Assembly (NCBI GenBank): GCA_045614365.1 | Contig: JAZLCV010000102.1 | Span: 1 to 43,964 of the forward strand | Direction: 5' to 3' | Length of the DNA stretch: 43,964 bases | From: Eubacteriales bacterium | GTDB lineage: Bacteria > Bacillota > Clostridia > Oscillospirales > JAAYXM01 | Part shown: piece by piece, positions 28,195 through 37,781 of the stretch | Layout of the letters: each line of letters begins with the position of its first letter | How positions within the stretch are numbered: the stretch's first letter is position 1 | The notes under the pieces: generated by a model | Seen by the model: the letters and a program-made list of their open reading frames with translations, nothing else | Told to the model about the DNA's origin: nothing | Databases searched by the model: none | Made by a program: the position numbers and the translations under genes

Positions 28195-31100
28195 TCAGTC
28201 AGAATAAATCACTTTATAGGAATTATCCGTATCTTTATAAATCATATATCCGCGGGCTATGTAGCTGCTGTCTGTCGGACGTGCGGTAAACTGACCGTGG
28301 TCAAGTCCGCGTGAAGACGTGAATTTCTCATCACAGCTTTCAACACTCGGAGTTCTGTTTCCAAACAGAATACCAACTTCTACAATTTCGTATCCGGACG
28401 AAGCTTCATACTCAATCATATATCCACCTTCAATTGTGGTGTCTTCAAGCACAACCAGAGGTTTGGGAACAACAGTTGCATATGATGAGTAGATACGCGT
28501 TGCATCCCACACATAATGCGTGTATTCTTTATTGTATGAAACTATTTTTCCGTCACGCAACCAATGGGTAACGTTTGCTCCGTCATTGCATACAATTTCC
28601 GTAGCATAAGGAATCGCAACAACATTGTCTAAACTACTTTCCTTTCCGTCCGCGCCAACTTTCTTTCCGTTTACGGTAATAATTTCACTTACCGTCAATT
28701 CCGTATACTGTGCAACAGCCTTTGTCGGCGCGATGATCTCTTCGACGCTTGAAAGTACCCCGTTTTCCGTTTTCCAGTTTAAGAAGTTAAATCCGGTAAG
28801 CTTCATTTCCGGAAGCCCCTTCGTTGCAAGAATGGATTTTGCAATTGCGCCAAGATACGAACCATCCATATTCCAGAATTCAACAGTCGGGTCATCGGAA
28901 TGTGCCGGGTTTTCCTCTTCATAAACTGCTGTAAGGAATGTGTTGCTGTAAATTGCGTAAGTGCCGTTTTGGCTAAGCTCTAAGATAAACTTTTCAGAAT
29001 CTTCCACAAGCCCGTTTGCATCCGCAGAATAAACTCCGCGTTTCCAACCGATAAATTCGTATCCCTCAACCTCCGGAGCAGAAACTGAAATCTTATCGCC
29101 GCGCTCTGCGGAAATTACCTTGTTGTTGCCAATAACGCCGTTCACGCTTATCTTTGCCTCAGGAATATTAGCCGTTGCAGAAAAGCTGAGATTCTGCGCG
29201 TTGCCGGTATAGCCATCAGCCTCTTTTTCTTCTTCCGGCTCACCCTCTTTAAGAGTGATTCCCGCAAGATTCAAAAACTGCTTTGATGAATTTCCGGTAA
29301 TGTTATTGCTGTTAAAACTGAATATCATATAATAGTCGCCTGCGGTCTTAAAGTTGTAGTTGCCTATATCTCCGTCAACCTTATCCGTTACTCCGCAAAC
29401 TCTGCCGATGATGGGTAAAGTTTTTAATGTATCAGATGTAATATCAGCTCTTATTTCAGAAACAGGAACAATATAAATATCTGCTTCTGCACCGGTTACA
29501 ATACCAATAATATCAGCTGTTATATCATAAGTTCCGGATACAGGGATGCTGAGTTTCAACACAAACCGCGCATCTGCATCATCCGTATGCTGCAATGTTT
29601 TGCGCCCTACCATCTGAATGTATCCGCTTTTATTTAAATTTGACGCACTTTTTTCGCTGTCTACTTTCTCTCCGTCGGAGTCTTCTATGCTGTTAAAGGC
29701 TCCACCAAGAGTAGTTATCGCCCACGGGAGAGTTTTCGCGGTATCTATATAAGCATAATCACTCAGCCAACTTGAATCGACAACCGTGTCACTGTCTGAA
29801 TCATAGAATGGTCTGCCATACTGTGTGAAGCTTGCATTCTCGAGAATATCTCCTTTAAGAACATCAACAGAGAATATATAGTCATAAGTTTTGACTGAAA
29901 CAACAATTTCAATTGTATCTGTCACGCTCTTCCCTTCAACACTCGCCGTCGCTGTGACTAAAGCCGTTCCTTCTTTAACACCTGTTACCTTATTTCCGCT
30001 AATTGAAACGCAATCGGAAGTAGTTGTATATGCAACAGAAGTAGTTGCTGTCACATCATCTGCCTTTGAATCTGTAATAGTACTTGAAAGCGTTGCAGTC
30101 TCTCCGACGAGGATATTGGTTTTATCCGAAGAAACTTCTATCGTGGGTTCAACTACAAGTTCTCCTACCTTCTTAAGCTCAATAGAATCAATATATGCAA
30201 AATATTTATTTCTAGCGTTAAGTGTCGCCTCTGTACCATCCATCGCAATCACGAGATAGTATGTTTTGTTTTTGAGACCAACCTGCCCACCAACATATGG
30301 CGAATCTGTAGTCGCTGCAGTTGATGTGTTTACTGCTGATGCTATCGTTTTTACAACAGGTGTAACGTTTGCTGCATCAGTAATTACGTTAGCTACTGCA
30401 TTAAATATTCCGTCATCTGACATATCCCACGCTTTGCCAGTCACGGGGTCAATGGTATCAGGGTCTACAATATAAGTGCTTATCTTGCCGCCGTTTGCCA
30501 GTTCTGTATAATTCAATATGGGTATATATGTGCCCTTTTCAGGTACTGTTATTGTAAGCACAATACCATTTGTTCCAAGCTCTGTATAGCTGTGGCTTGC
30601 ACGAATTGTAAGATATGTTGCACCAAGGTTTATATAGTCAAGACGTCTGTTCCCTATATATCCCCACGCACTTGATACCTGCGGGTTTATAGTAAAAGTT
30701 CCGCCATTAAGCAAATCAACAGCCTCATCCTCAGTCGTTGCAGATGTATCAAATTCATATGTATATTTCTTAGCGTTTATCGTAATTTCTATTGTATCTG
30801 TTACTGCCTTTCCGTCAACAGTTGCGGTTGCAGTAATCGTTGCAACACCGTCTTTTGCACCTGCCACAACATTTCCGGATATTGAAACGATGTCTGTATT
30901 CTCAGTTGTGTATGTAACACCCGGTGTTACTGTTGCTCCTGTTGAATCTGTAACAACACTTGAAAGGATCGCTTCCTCCCCGATTAAAAGTTCTGCCTTA
31001 TCGGAAGAAACTGTAATTGTCGGCTCAGCAGTTACAGCCTGAGGAGTGAGCGTAAGAGATGAGGGGAACATACCGGCTGCTGTAGCACTAACAGCATTGA

Positions 31101-31758
31101 ATAAAACTATGTTTTCTCCTGCTGAAATCGACATTTCTACGCCTGTAATAAGTTCCATTTCAGAAGCTGTAGAACCACTCTTGTAGAAAGACACATTTCC
31201 CACCTTTGCAGTTTCCGGAATATTTAAATATTCAAAGCTTGCAGCTTCTGTTCGAGCCGCATTCGCAACAGTTCCGTAAGTTGTTACATTCCCTTCTGCT
31301 AACTTTGCCTCAAGCTCTGCTGTTATAGGCGCAATATATAAATCAGCGCTATTAGAGAATGTTTTTTTCTTATAACCGGTAGCAGATACCATGTATTTCC
31401 CGCTCTTCGGAACATTTATTCTAAGAGCAATCCATTCACCTGTTTTAGCCGAACCCGTCTGAATATAAGAACCAGTGACAACAGTAAACCCTTTAGTATC
31501 ATTAGCAGGTGTACTTATTGTCGTACCACAATAAGCCCAGTTTGCTCCCGCATCAGTAGGCTCTGCCGGATAGTTTTTATATGCCGCAAGCCAAGTTCCT
31601 GCAGCGTTCTCCATATAAACGGCTTCGGTTGAACGTATGTTATCCACCTCAAACTCATACGTAATCGCACCCGTTGTTTCATCCACGGCTGCGAAGGTTG
31701 TTGGCATCATTGCCAGAATCATTGTTACTGCGAGGAAAATTGATAAAAATCTTTTCAT
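28195..31758 (-). CDS. Secreted multimodular protein (CBM-like + Big_2 Ig-like repeats; InlB-B-like C-terminal region), function unknown
   Basis: Signal peptide MKRFLSIFLAVTMILAMMPTTFA; two EPTIxVSSDK..VSISGNxV.G..G.A..TATA.V.GK.VTDTIEI repeats; no catalytic motif, SLH or LPxTG recognised. Confidence 0.7.
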   Translation of the reverse strand: MKRFLSIFLAVTMILAMMPTTFAAVDETTGAITYEFEVDNIRSTEAVYMENAAGTWLAAYKNYPAEPTDAGANWAYCGTTISTPANDTKGFTVVTGSYIQTGSAKTGEWIALRINVPKSGKYMVSATGYKKKTFSNSADLYIAPITAELEAKLAEGNVTTYGTVANAARTEAASFEYLNIPETAKVGNVSFYKSGSTASEMELITGVEMSISAGENIVLFNAVSATAAGMFPSSLTLTPQAVTAEPTITVSSDKAELLIGEEAILSSVVTDSTGATVTPGVTYTTENTDIVSISGNVVAGAKDGVATITATATVDGKAVTDTIEITINAKKYTYEFDTSATTEDEAVDLLNGGTFTINPQVSSAWGYIGNRRLDYINLGATYLTIRASHSYTELGTNGIVLTITVPEKGTYIPILNYTELANGGKISTYIVDPDTIDPVTGKAWDMSDDGIFNAVANVITDAANVTPVVKTIASAVNTSTAATTDSPYVGGQVGLKNKTYYLVIAMDGTEATLNARNKYFAYIDSIELKKVGELVVEPTIEVSSDKTNILVGETATLSSTITDSKADDVTATTSVAYTTTSDCVSISGNKVTGVKEGTALVTATASVEGKSVTDTIEIVVSVKTYDYIFSVDVLKGDILENASFTQYGRPFYDSDSDTVVDSSWLSDYAYIDTAKTLPWAITTLGGAFNSIEDSDGEKVDSEKSASNLNKSGYIQMVGRKTLQHTDDADARFVLKLSIPVSGTYDITADIIGIVTGAEADIYIVPVSEIRADITSDTLKTLPIIGRVCGVTDKVDGDIGNYNFKTAGDYYMIFSFNSNNITGNSSKQFLNLAGITLKEGEPEEEKEADGYTGNAQNLSFSATANIPEAKISVNGVIGNNKVISAERGDKISVSAPEVEGYEFIGWKRGVYSADANGLVEDSEKFILELSQNGTYAIYSNTFLTAVYEEENPAHSDDPTVEFWNMDGSYLGAIAKSILATKGLPEMKLTGFNFLNWKTENGVLSSVEEIIAPTKAVAQYTELTVSEIITVNGKKVGADGKESSLDNVVAIPYATEIVCNDGANVTHWLRDGKIVSYNKEYTHYVWDATRIYSSYATVVPKPLVVLEDTTIEGGYMIEYEASSGYEIVEVGILFGNRTPSVESCDEKFTSSRGLDHGQFTARPTDSSYIARGYMIYKDTDNSYKVIYSD

Positions 31759-31779
31759 TTTTGCCTTGCCTCCTTAAAT

Positions 31780-32670
31780 TTATATATTCAAAAGCTTTTC
31801 AGCATTTTTTCGGATAATCTTTTCGTATGTCTCCGTGCTTATCATTTTGTCGTTCACCAATCCGGTGAGGAATTTATCGAAAGTATACTGGAAGGTCTGT
31901 GCCGCATGGCAAACGTCTGCGCCGTAGTATATTCTGTCGGAGAATTCCGTAAGAAATTTTGCAGCATAATCCGGATCACGCATCATAGCGTTTGAACCGC
32001 TGCCTGCCGAGAGGTCACAGTAAAGATTTCCATACTCGCGCATAAGCTCCGCAAGGTGACCTTCCGTAACCTTTCCTTTCGGATAACCGTTGCGGTTGTC
32101 CGTATCATTGTTTTTGCTTATTTCCCACCAGAATGCGGCAGAATGACCGATAAGCTTAAGATCGGGATGTTTTTTCAGCATCTTTTCAATTCTCGGTAGT
32201 CCCGGGTCGTCTATAACGCCGTAGGTGCCGCCAAAATGTGGTCCGACGTGGATAAGCACCGGCATATCACACTGAACGCAATGGTAGAAGAAGTTATCCA
32301 TCAAATCGCTGTCGGCATACAGCTGAGCTGTAACCTCTCCAACACCTTTTGCACCGAGTTCTTTATAGTGACCTATGTATTTACTGAGGTCTGTTTCCGG
32401 ACTGAAGCGACCGGCGCGCGGGTCAACATTACAAAACCAGGTGAACCTGTCGGGGTATTTGTCAGCAATATACTTACAGTTTTCTGTTGGCATAGCTGCC
32501 CACTGCCCTTCCGGTGCCGTTATCGGAAGAAGAACTGCAAAATCAACATCTGTTTTATCATGAATCTCTATCTGTTCTTCCACGGACAGAAGCTGAGTTC
32601 CCGTCAAGTGATATTTTGGTGAATACTCAGGAAACAGAATAACGTGAGAATGGATATCAATTTTCTTCAT
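31780..32670 (-). CDS. Amidohydrolase-2-type metal-dependent hydrolase
   Basis: IDIHSH, KGVGE, PVLIH, LIGH, CDLSAGSG, IYYGAD. Confidence 0.85.
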   Translation of the reverse strand: MKKIDIHSHVILFPEYSPKYHLTGTQLLSVEEQIEIHDKTDVDFAVLLPITAPEGQWAAMPTENCKYIADKYPDRFTWFCNVDPRAGRFSPETDLSKYIGHYKELGAKGVGEVTAQLYADSDLMDNFFYHCVQCDMPVLIHVGPHFGGTYGVIDDPGLPRIEKMLKKHPDLKLIGHSAAFWWEISKNNDTDNRNGYPKGKVTEGHLAELMREYGNLYCDLSAGSGSNAMMRDPDYAAKFLTEFSDRIYYGADVCHAAQTFQYTFDKFLTGLVNDKMISTETYEKIIRKNAEKLLNI

Positions 32671-32720
32671 TTTTTCATCCCTTCAAATCGGAATTTCGAA
32701 CGCTTATGCATTTGACATTG

Positions 32721-32764
32721 TTTGCAGTGTGTGAAAGCACACTGCAAAAGGGATATCCCTTTTG
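32721..32764. promoter_or_regulatory. Two overlapping inverted repeats in 5' leader
   Basis: TTTGCAGTGTG-TGAAAG-CACACTGCAAA (32721-48) overlapping perfect 20-bp palindrome CAAAAGGGAT|ATCCCTTTTG (32745-64). Confidence 0.6.
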
Positions 32765-32781
32765 GCATTTTTATATTGTAT

Positions 32782-32834
32782 ATTTTAACTTACAGCCACA
32801 CTCCATTTCCACTAAAAGCGTTTACAAATCGGAT
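32782..32834 (-). promoter_or_regulatory. Regulon promoter 1 with upstream 15-bp box
   Basis: ATCCGATTTGTAAAC-N8-TGGAAA-N18-TAAAAT. Confidence 0.8.
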
Positions 32835-32862
32835 AATTCAAATTGGTAACATCTTCTCTGCT

Positions 32863-32891
32863 TTGACAAGTGAGTTCATATATGATATATT
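32863..32891 (+). promoter_or_regulatory. Sigma-A-type promoter of AraC gene
   Basis: TTGACA-N17-TATATT with TG extended -10. Confidence 0.7.
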
Positions 32892-32926
32892 TAAAATATC
32901 TTAAAACAAGGAAGAGGTGCGTGGCT

Positions 32927-33871
32927 ATGAAAACAAACTACAGCATAGAGACCACTGAAGTGCTGAACAAGCTTCCGATAAGCATTTCAACCTTATGTTT
33001 CCGCGCTTTGGAAAATCTTGATCACATTCACAGCTACACGCATATTTCCTTTGTCATTGCAGGAAATGCCAATGGCATAATCGGCGATACGGAATATACC
33101 TTCCCGGCAGGCTCCGCATCAATTAGTGCTCCCTATCTCCCCCATTCTTTTGACACAAGAGAAAGCGATGACACTCCGATTGTTGTTCACATCCGCTTCG
33201 ACGATGCATTTTTGACAGATCGCGGATACCGTTTTTTTCACTATAACAAAACACTGCGTTTTGAAGAGCGTACAATTCCTGATTGCGTTTGCTTTTCCGG
33301 CGCAAACAAAACGAAGGCAACCGGGCTGATCCGCTCTATAACAGCAGAATTTGAAAAAGGCAAAAATATGTCGTTTGACCTCATAGCAAAGAATCTTGCT
33401 GAATTTCTGCGTATGACAGCTGAAGAAACTCCTCAAGAGCCAATTCCGTTTCTTACCACAGAAGCTATACGGTGTATAACCAAGGCTGTAAAATATATTA
33501 TCGCTCACCACGCAGAAAAGCTGTCCATTGATGATCTACTTCCGATTACCGCGATGTCCAGAAGTCTTTTCACAAAACACTTCAAAGCCATCACCGGAAT
33601 GACATTTGTGAATTTTCTTACTGCTGTGCGCTTAAGTCACGCACTTCCGATGGTTCTCACCGAGGAAGACATGTCTCTAAACGAAATAGCTGCAAAAACA
33701 GGGTTGTATAACAAAACCAACCTTGTCCGCATATTCACTAAAGCCTTTGGTATGCCACCGATAAAATTCCGGGAACATTTTGAAAAAAGTTCACCCGGAA
33801 CAATGGAACGTCACAGGATGTATCAAAAACGCTGGAAATGGCTGTTTGAAGATAAGCCCAAAAAAGATTAA
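32927..33871 (+). CDS. AraC family transcriptional regulator
   Basis: Cupin-like HIHSYTHISFV..PYLPH sensor; C-terminal MSRSLFTKHFKAITGMTF..EIAAKTG..FTKAFGMPPIKFR. Start at ATG 32927 after GAGGTG. Confidence 0.92.
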   Translation: MKTNYSIETTEVLNKLPISISTLCFRALENLDHIHSYTHISFVIAGNANGIIGDTEYTFPAGSASISAPYLPHSFDTRESDDTPIVVHIRFDDAFLTDRGYRFFHYNKTLRFEERTIPDCVCFSGANKTKATGLIRSITAEFEKGKNMSFDLIAKNLAEFLRMTAEETPQEPIPFLTTEAIRCITKAVKYIIAHHAEKLSIDDLLPITAMSRSLFTKHFKAITGMTFVNFLTAVRLSHALPMVLTEEDMSLNEIAAKTGLYNKTNLVRIFTKAFGMPPIKFREHFEKSSPGTMERHRMYQKRWKWLFEDKPKKD

Positions 33872-33905
33872 CAGAGCGGCTCTCAATAAAAGAGCAGCTC
33901 TGTTA
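33869..33905. terminator. Stem-loop between convergent genes
   Basis: TAACAGAGC-G-GCTCT..AGAGC-A-GCTCTGTTA. Confidence 0.7.
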
Positions 33906-33909
33906 TGCT

Positions 33910-34806
33910 TTATATTTTAAAAATTGAACTGTAAACGGACTTGAAATAAGCAAAATCCTGCTCCGCAAAATATCTTCTGTCCCCCGCGCGCGGCGCTTCA
34001 ATCCCTATCGGCCCGTCAAATCCCACCTCATTCAGCTTTGCAAGGTATGTACGGTGGTTAATCTCGCCGTCGGAAAGAGGTTTTCCCACGCGCTCCCCTG
34101 TTCCGGGGATTGCAGAAGAGTTTTTCAAATGCGTGTAAAACAGCTTGTCACCATATATATCGATTGTATCTTCAAGGCTCGGATGTTCCTTGAAATAAAC
34201 GGTGTTGCCAAAGTCCATATTTACGCCTATTGCCGGGCTGTCTATAAGGTTAACAAGTTTCATCGTCTTCTCCGGCGTATCGTGTATATGTAGCATATGG
34301 GTTTCAAAGCCGAATTTCATGCCAAGCTTTTCAGCTTCACAAGCAAGTCTTTGATATGCTTCAACGGTAAACTTCCACTCTTCTTCCGTTGCAACCGCAC
34401 TTCCGTGGAACTCATACACACGCGGCGGTGCAGTGGGTATGCTTGACCTGAGGGTGGGGGCAACGGTATTGCAAATCACTGTACCGCAAATTTCGCTTGC
34501 AAGACGCGCCTTTTCTATTGCATCGGCAATATCTTTTTCGCGCACCATCTTATCGCTGTCCGAGCACTTGTACATATGTATTCCGAAAAGAACATCCGAA
34601 AGCCCGTATTTTTTCTTTGCCTTTGCAATTTCTTCTGCATACTCACGAAAGCTGAGAGAATCAAGCTCCTTTGGAGGATTGCCGCGAAACTCTATGCCGT
34701 CAAATCCGATTTCTGCCGCCATCCTGCAAATATCATCAATTGTCTTGTTTCCAATAAGACAATAAGCTGTTTCCGCATAGTTTATATGCATTATCGCCTT
34801 GTTCAT
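33910..34806 (-). CDS. Sugar phosphate isomerase/epimerase (TIM barrel), paralog 2
   Basis: Collinear with 18772..19659; GFDGIEF, FETH, NMDFGN, THLKN, IGIEAP. Confidence 0.88.
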   Translation of the reverse strand: MNKAIMHINYAETAYCLIGNKTIDDICRMAAEIGFDGIEFRGNPPKELDSLSFREYAEEIAKAKKKYGLSDVLFGIHMYKCSDSDKMVREKDIADAIEKARLASEICGTVICNTVAPTLRSSIPTAPPRVYEFHGSAVATEEEWKFTVEAYQRLACEAEKLGMKFGFETHMLHIHDTPEKTMKLVNLIDSPAIGVNMDFGNTVYFKEHPSLEDTIDIYGDKLFYTHLKNSSAIPGTGERVGKPLSDGEINHRTYLAKLNEVGFDGPIGIEAPRAGDRRYFAEQDFAYFKSVYSSIFKI

Positions 34807-34827
34807 ATTAAAGCTTCTCCATTGATG

Positions 34828-36180
34828 TTATGATTTTTTGCTGTGATTGAATCTGAACCAGCCACCGAGAGCGCCCTTGTTGCCCTCGTCACCGGCAATC
34901 AGCTCTTCGTGGTTTTCAACAACCTTTTTAAATGCAGCAATATACTGGTCAATTATTTCAGGTCTGTAATGCTTGAACCACGGCAGGAAGAACGCCCGCT
35001 CGTTAATAATTGAAGCTACGGACAAATCCTTATCGCCCTCACGGATATCTTTGTCGGAAAATGCGCGATAGGTAGGCTTGCCGTCGTGGTATACGTCTGC
35101 CATTGTATGTACCGGATGGGTATGAAGCGGACGGTTTACCCCTGGATTTACGGCAACTCCCTCTGCACGCATTGCCTCGCAGAAGCGGGTGATTGAAAGA
35201 CCGCCAAGCTCATCGGGGTTATACCTGATTACCGGAACATACCAGCCCGCCATGGTGGAACCATCACTTTCGTCTACGTGTACAAGCTTTATTCCCGGAA
35301 TATCCTTAATTCCTGCCTCAAAGTATTTCACAGCTTTGTTAATCTCTGCACAGCGTGCGTCGTAGTGTTTAAGCTGAACCCTGCCCATCGCGGCGCTTAC
35401 CTGATGCATTCTGTGTTTAAATCCACCGAGAGGAATACCCATATATTTTTTCAGATCCTCCGACTGCAAATCGTATGTATAGAAGCGCTCGTATGAACCA
35501 AATGCAACTGCGCGCTCATATATCTCCTGATTATTAGTCCAGAGCATTCCTGCCTCACCTATTGCAAAGGATTTTCCGGACATAAGCGAAGCTGCACCGA
35601 TATCACCGATTGTTCCAAGCATTCTGCCCTTGTACTTGCCGCCCTGCGCGTGAGACACGTCCTCAATAACCTTGAGGTTGTGTTTTTTTGCAATTGCCAT
35701 AATTGCATCCATATCTGCCGGATATGCACAATAGTGAACAACCATAATTGCCTTTGTCTTATCCGTTATCTTTTCTTCAAGCTTTTTCGGGTCAAGGCAG
35801 AGCGTTTCCGGATCAACATCCGCAAAAACGACTGTCGCGCCAAGCGAATATGCGCTTGTGCAGCTTGCCCAGAAGGTTATGCTTGGGCAGATGATTTCGT
35901 CTCCTCTTCCAAGGCCGCATGCAAACATCGCCGCATGAAGCGCCGCTGTTCCGTTGTTTGTGCCGAGGGCGTACTTTGCACCCGTCCATTCGCAGAATTC
36001 GCGCTCAAACTCACGCGTGATATCCGTTCCGCTCATTGCGCCCTTGTTGATAACATCAAGCACAGCTTCACGGTCCTCATCCGTAACAACAGGCCATTTG
36101 AACATATCGCTTCCGTCGGTCTTCCCCGTTCCAACATATGTTACCGCCGGCTCTCCGCCGAAAATTGCAAGCTTAGACAT
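34828..36180 (-). CDS. DegT/DnrJ/EryC1/StrS PLP-dependent sugar aminotransferase
   Basis: NGTAALH, GDEIICP.TF.AS, IEDVSHAQG, SLMSGKS (PLP lysine), GEAGML. Confidence 0.92.
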   Translation of the reverse strand: MSKLAIFGGEPAVTYVGTGKTDGSDMFKWPVVTDEDREAVLDVINKGAMSGTDITREFEREFCEWTGAKYALGTNNGTAALHAAMFACGLGRGDEIICPSITFWASCTSAYSLGATVVFADVDPETLCLDPKKLEEKITDKTKAIMVVHYCAYPADMDAIMAIAKKHNLKVIEDVSHAQGGKYKGRMLGTIGDIGAASLMSGKSFAIGEAGMLWTNNQEIYERAVAFGSYERFYTYDLQSEDLKKYMGIPLGGFKHRMHQVSAAMGRVQLKHYDARCAEINKAVKYFEAGIKDIPGIKLVHVDESDGSTMAGWYVPVIRYNPDELGGLSITRFCEAMRAEGVAVNPGVNRPLHTHPVHTMADVYHDGKPTYRAFSDKDIREGDKDLSVASIINERAFFLPWFKHYRPEIIDQYIAAFKKVVENHEELIAGDEGNKGALGGWFRFNHSKKS

Positions 36181-36206
36181 TTTAAATTCTCCTCTGTTTT
36201 AATACT

Positions 36207-37751
36207 TTATTTTACGCGATTGTATGCAGACTCGTATGCTGCAAGAACTTCTGCCACGTTCATTTCTTCAAGTTTTTTTACAAACGAATCAAAATCCGAA
36301 AGCGGTGCCTGACCAAGAATGAATTTGGTAAGCATTTCCTGAGTGTAGGTCTTAAGTCCTGTGTTGTATGTGTCAATGACCATCTGTTCATCATCGTTAA
36401 AGTCAAGCCACATTGTTACCGGATAATACGGGAGTGTATGCTCACGCAGCATTGCCTCAGACTCAAGTGTGGTTTCCGACTGTACTGCTTCTGCGGCAAG
36501 CGGGTCAAGACGCGTGAATGAGCCGTAGAGCTGGAAGCCGTAAAGAGTGTTCGGGCCTGAATTGTTTTCATCGGTTATAAACTTCTTTTTGCCATTTACA
36601 ACCTCATAGGTTTCTCCCTCTTTACCCCACGAAAGAAGCTCCATTCCTTCATCGGTATACATCCAGTCTATGAACTTTGCTGCATTTGCAATACCCTCAG
36701 CTTTTCCCGTGTCACAAACAGAAAGCCCCATAGTCTCAACATCACCTCGTTCTACCATAGCAACTCCCTTTTCGGAATTTGCAACAGGCGGAACAAATGC
36801 CTGAATTTTAAAACCGGGAATTTTGTCCTTTGCAAGGTTGTTGAAATGGTCGATACGAAGCTGTAAATGCGGCATAATAAACGTTCTGTTTGTAAGAACA
36901 AGCTCTTCAAACGCATTGTTGTTCATTGTAAGCATATCAGCAGGCGCAAGCTTTTCTTCAATCATCTTTTTGTAGAAGCTTACAACCTCGAGAGCAGTTT
37001 CTTCTGTTGCGCCCCAGCGCCACTCGTTATCGTCGTGATCGTAATACGCATCATACTCCCACCACTTGTCAAACGATGAACCGATTATGTCAAACACATA
37101 CGACATACTGCGCGTGCTATACGGATATGATTCCGGATACAGCTCTTTAAGTTTTTTGGACACCTCATAAATCTCATCAAAGGTTTCCGGTGCCTTCAGA
37201 TTGTGCTTTTTGAAAATATCCTCGCGGTAAAGCCATGCGCGCATGCGGGTTTTGCCTTCACGCCCCGTAGCCGGGGTGTAATAAATCTTGCCATCCTGTG
37301 TAACGCGGTTTTTTACGGCAACTGCATATTCATCTTCGGAAAGCGAGTTTTTCCATGCATTATATGCAGGCATATATGCTTCGAGGTCTTCAAGAGCGAT
37401 AAGCCCTTCTCCTGCATATTTCAGCGCATCACTGCCCATAGAAAATGCCATAATGTCCGGAAGCGTATCACGCCCCGCAAACATAAGTGACCATTTTGTA
37501 ACGGCATCTGTGGACGGAAGAGAATTTACCTGTAGCGTTGCGCCCGAACCTTCGGACATATACTCCCATAACTTCCAATCCTCACGATAGGGCCAGCTTG
37601 CATTGGACGGAACAAGCAGTGTTATAACATCGTCTTTTGTCAGCGGTTCTCCCGCTTCCACATCATCCAAAACTGCCCGATTTCCTCCGCAGGCAGAAAT
37701 CGCAAGCATCATGATGCATGCGAGAAGTAAAGCTGTAATTCTTTTAATCAT
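36207..37751 (-). CDS. Carbohydrate ABC transporter substrate-binding lipoprotein
   Basis: Lipobox ISAC; LPDIM, DGKIYYTP, YREDIFKK..PETFDE, WGKEGETYE, KFILGQAPLSDFD typical of clostridial sugar SBPs. Confidence 0.88.
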   Translation of the reverse strand: MIKRITALLLACIMMLAISACGGNRAVLDDVEAGEPLTKDDVITLLVPSNASWPYREDWKLWEYMSEGSGATLQVNSLPSTDAVTKWSLMFAGRDTLPDIMAFSMGSDALKYAGEGLIALEDLEAYMPAYNAWKNSLSEDEYAVAVKNRVTQDGKIYYTPATGREGKTRMRAWLYREDIFKKHNLKAPETFDEIYEVSKKLKELYPESYPYSTRSMSYVFDIIGSSFDKWWEYDAYYDHDDNEWRWGATEETALEVVSFYKKMIEEKLAPADMLTMNNNAFEELVLTNRTFIMPHLQLRIDHFNNLAKDKIPGFKIQAFVPPVANSEKGVAMVERGDVETMGLSVCDTGKAEGIANAAKFIDWMYTDEGMELLSWGKEGETYEVVNGKKKFITDENNSGPNTLYGFQLYGSFTRLDPLAAEAVQSETTLESEAMLREHTLPYYPVTMWLDFNDDEQMVIDTYNTGLKTYTQEMLTKFILGQAPLSDFDSFVKKLEEMNVAEVLAAYESAYNRVK

Positions 37752-37781
37752 GGCAAATTGCCTCCTTTTGTATTTTGTTTT

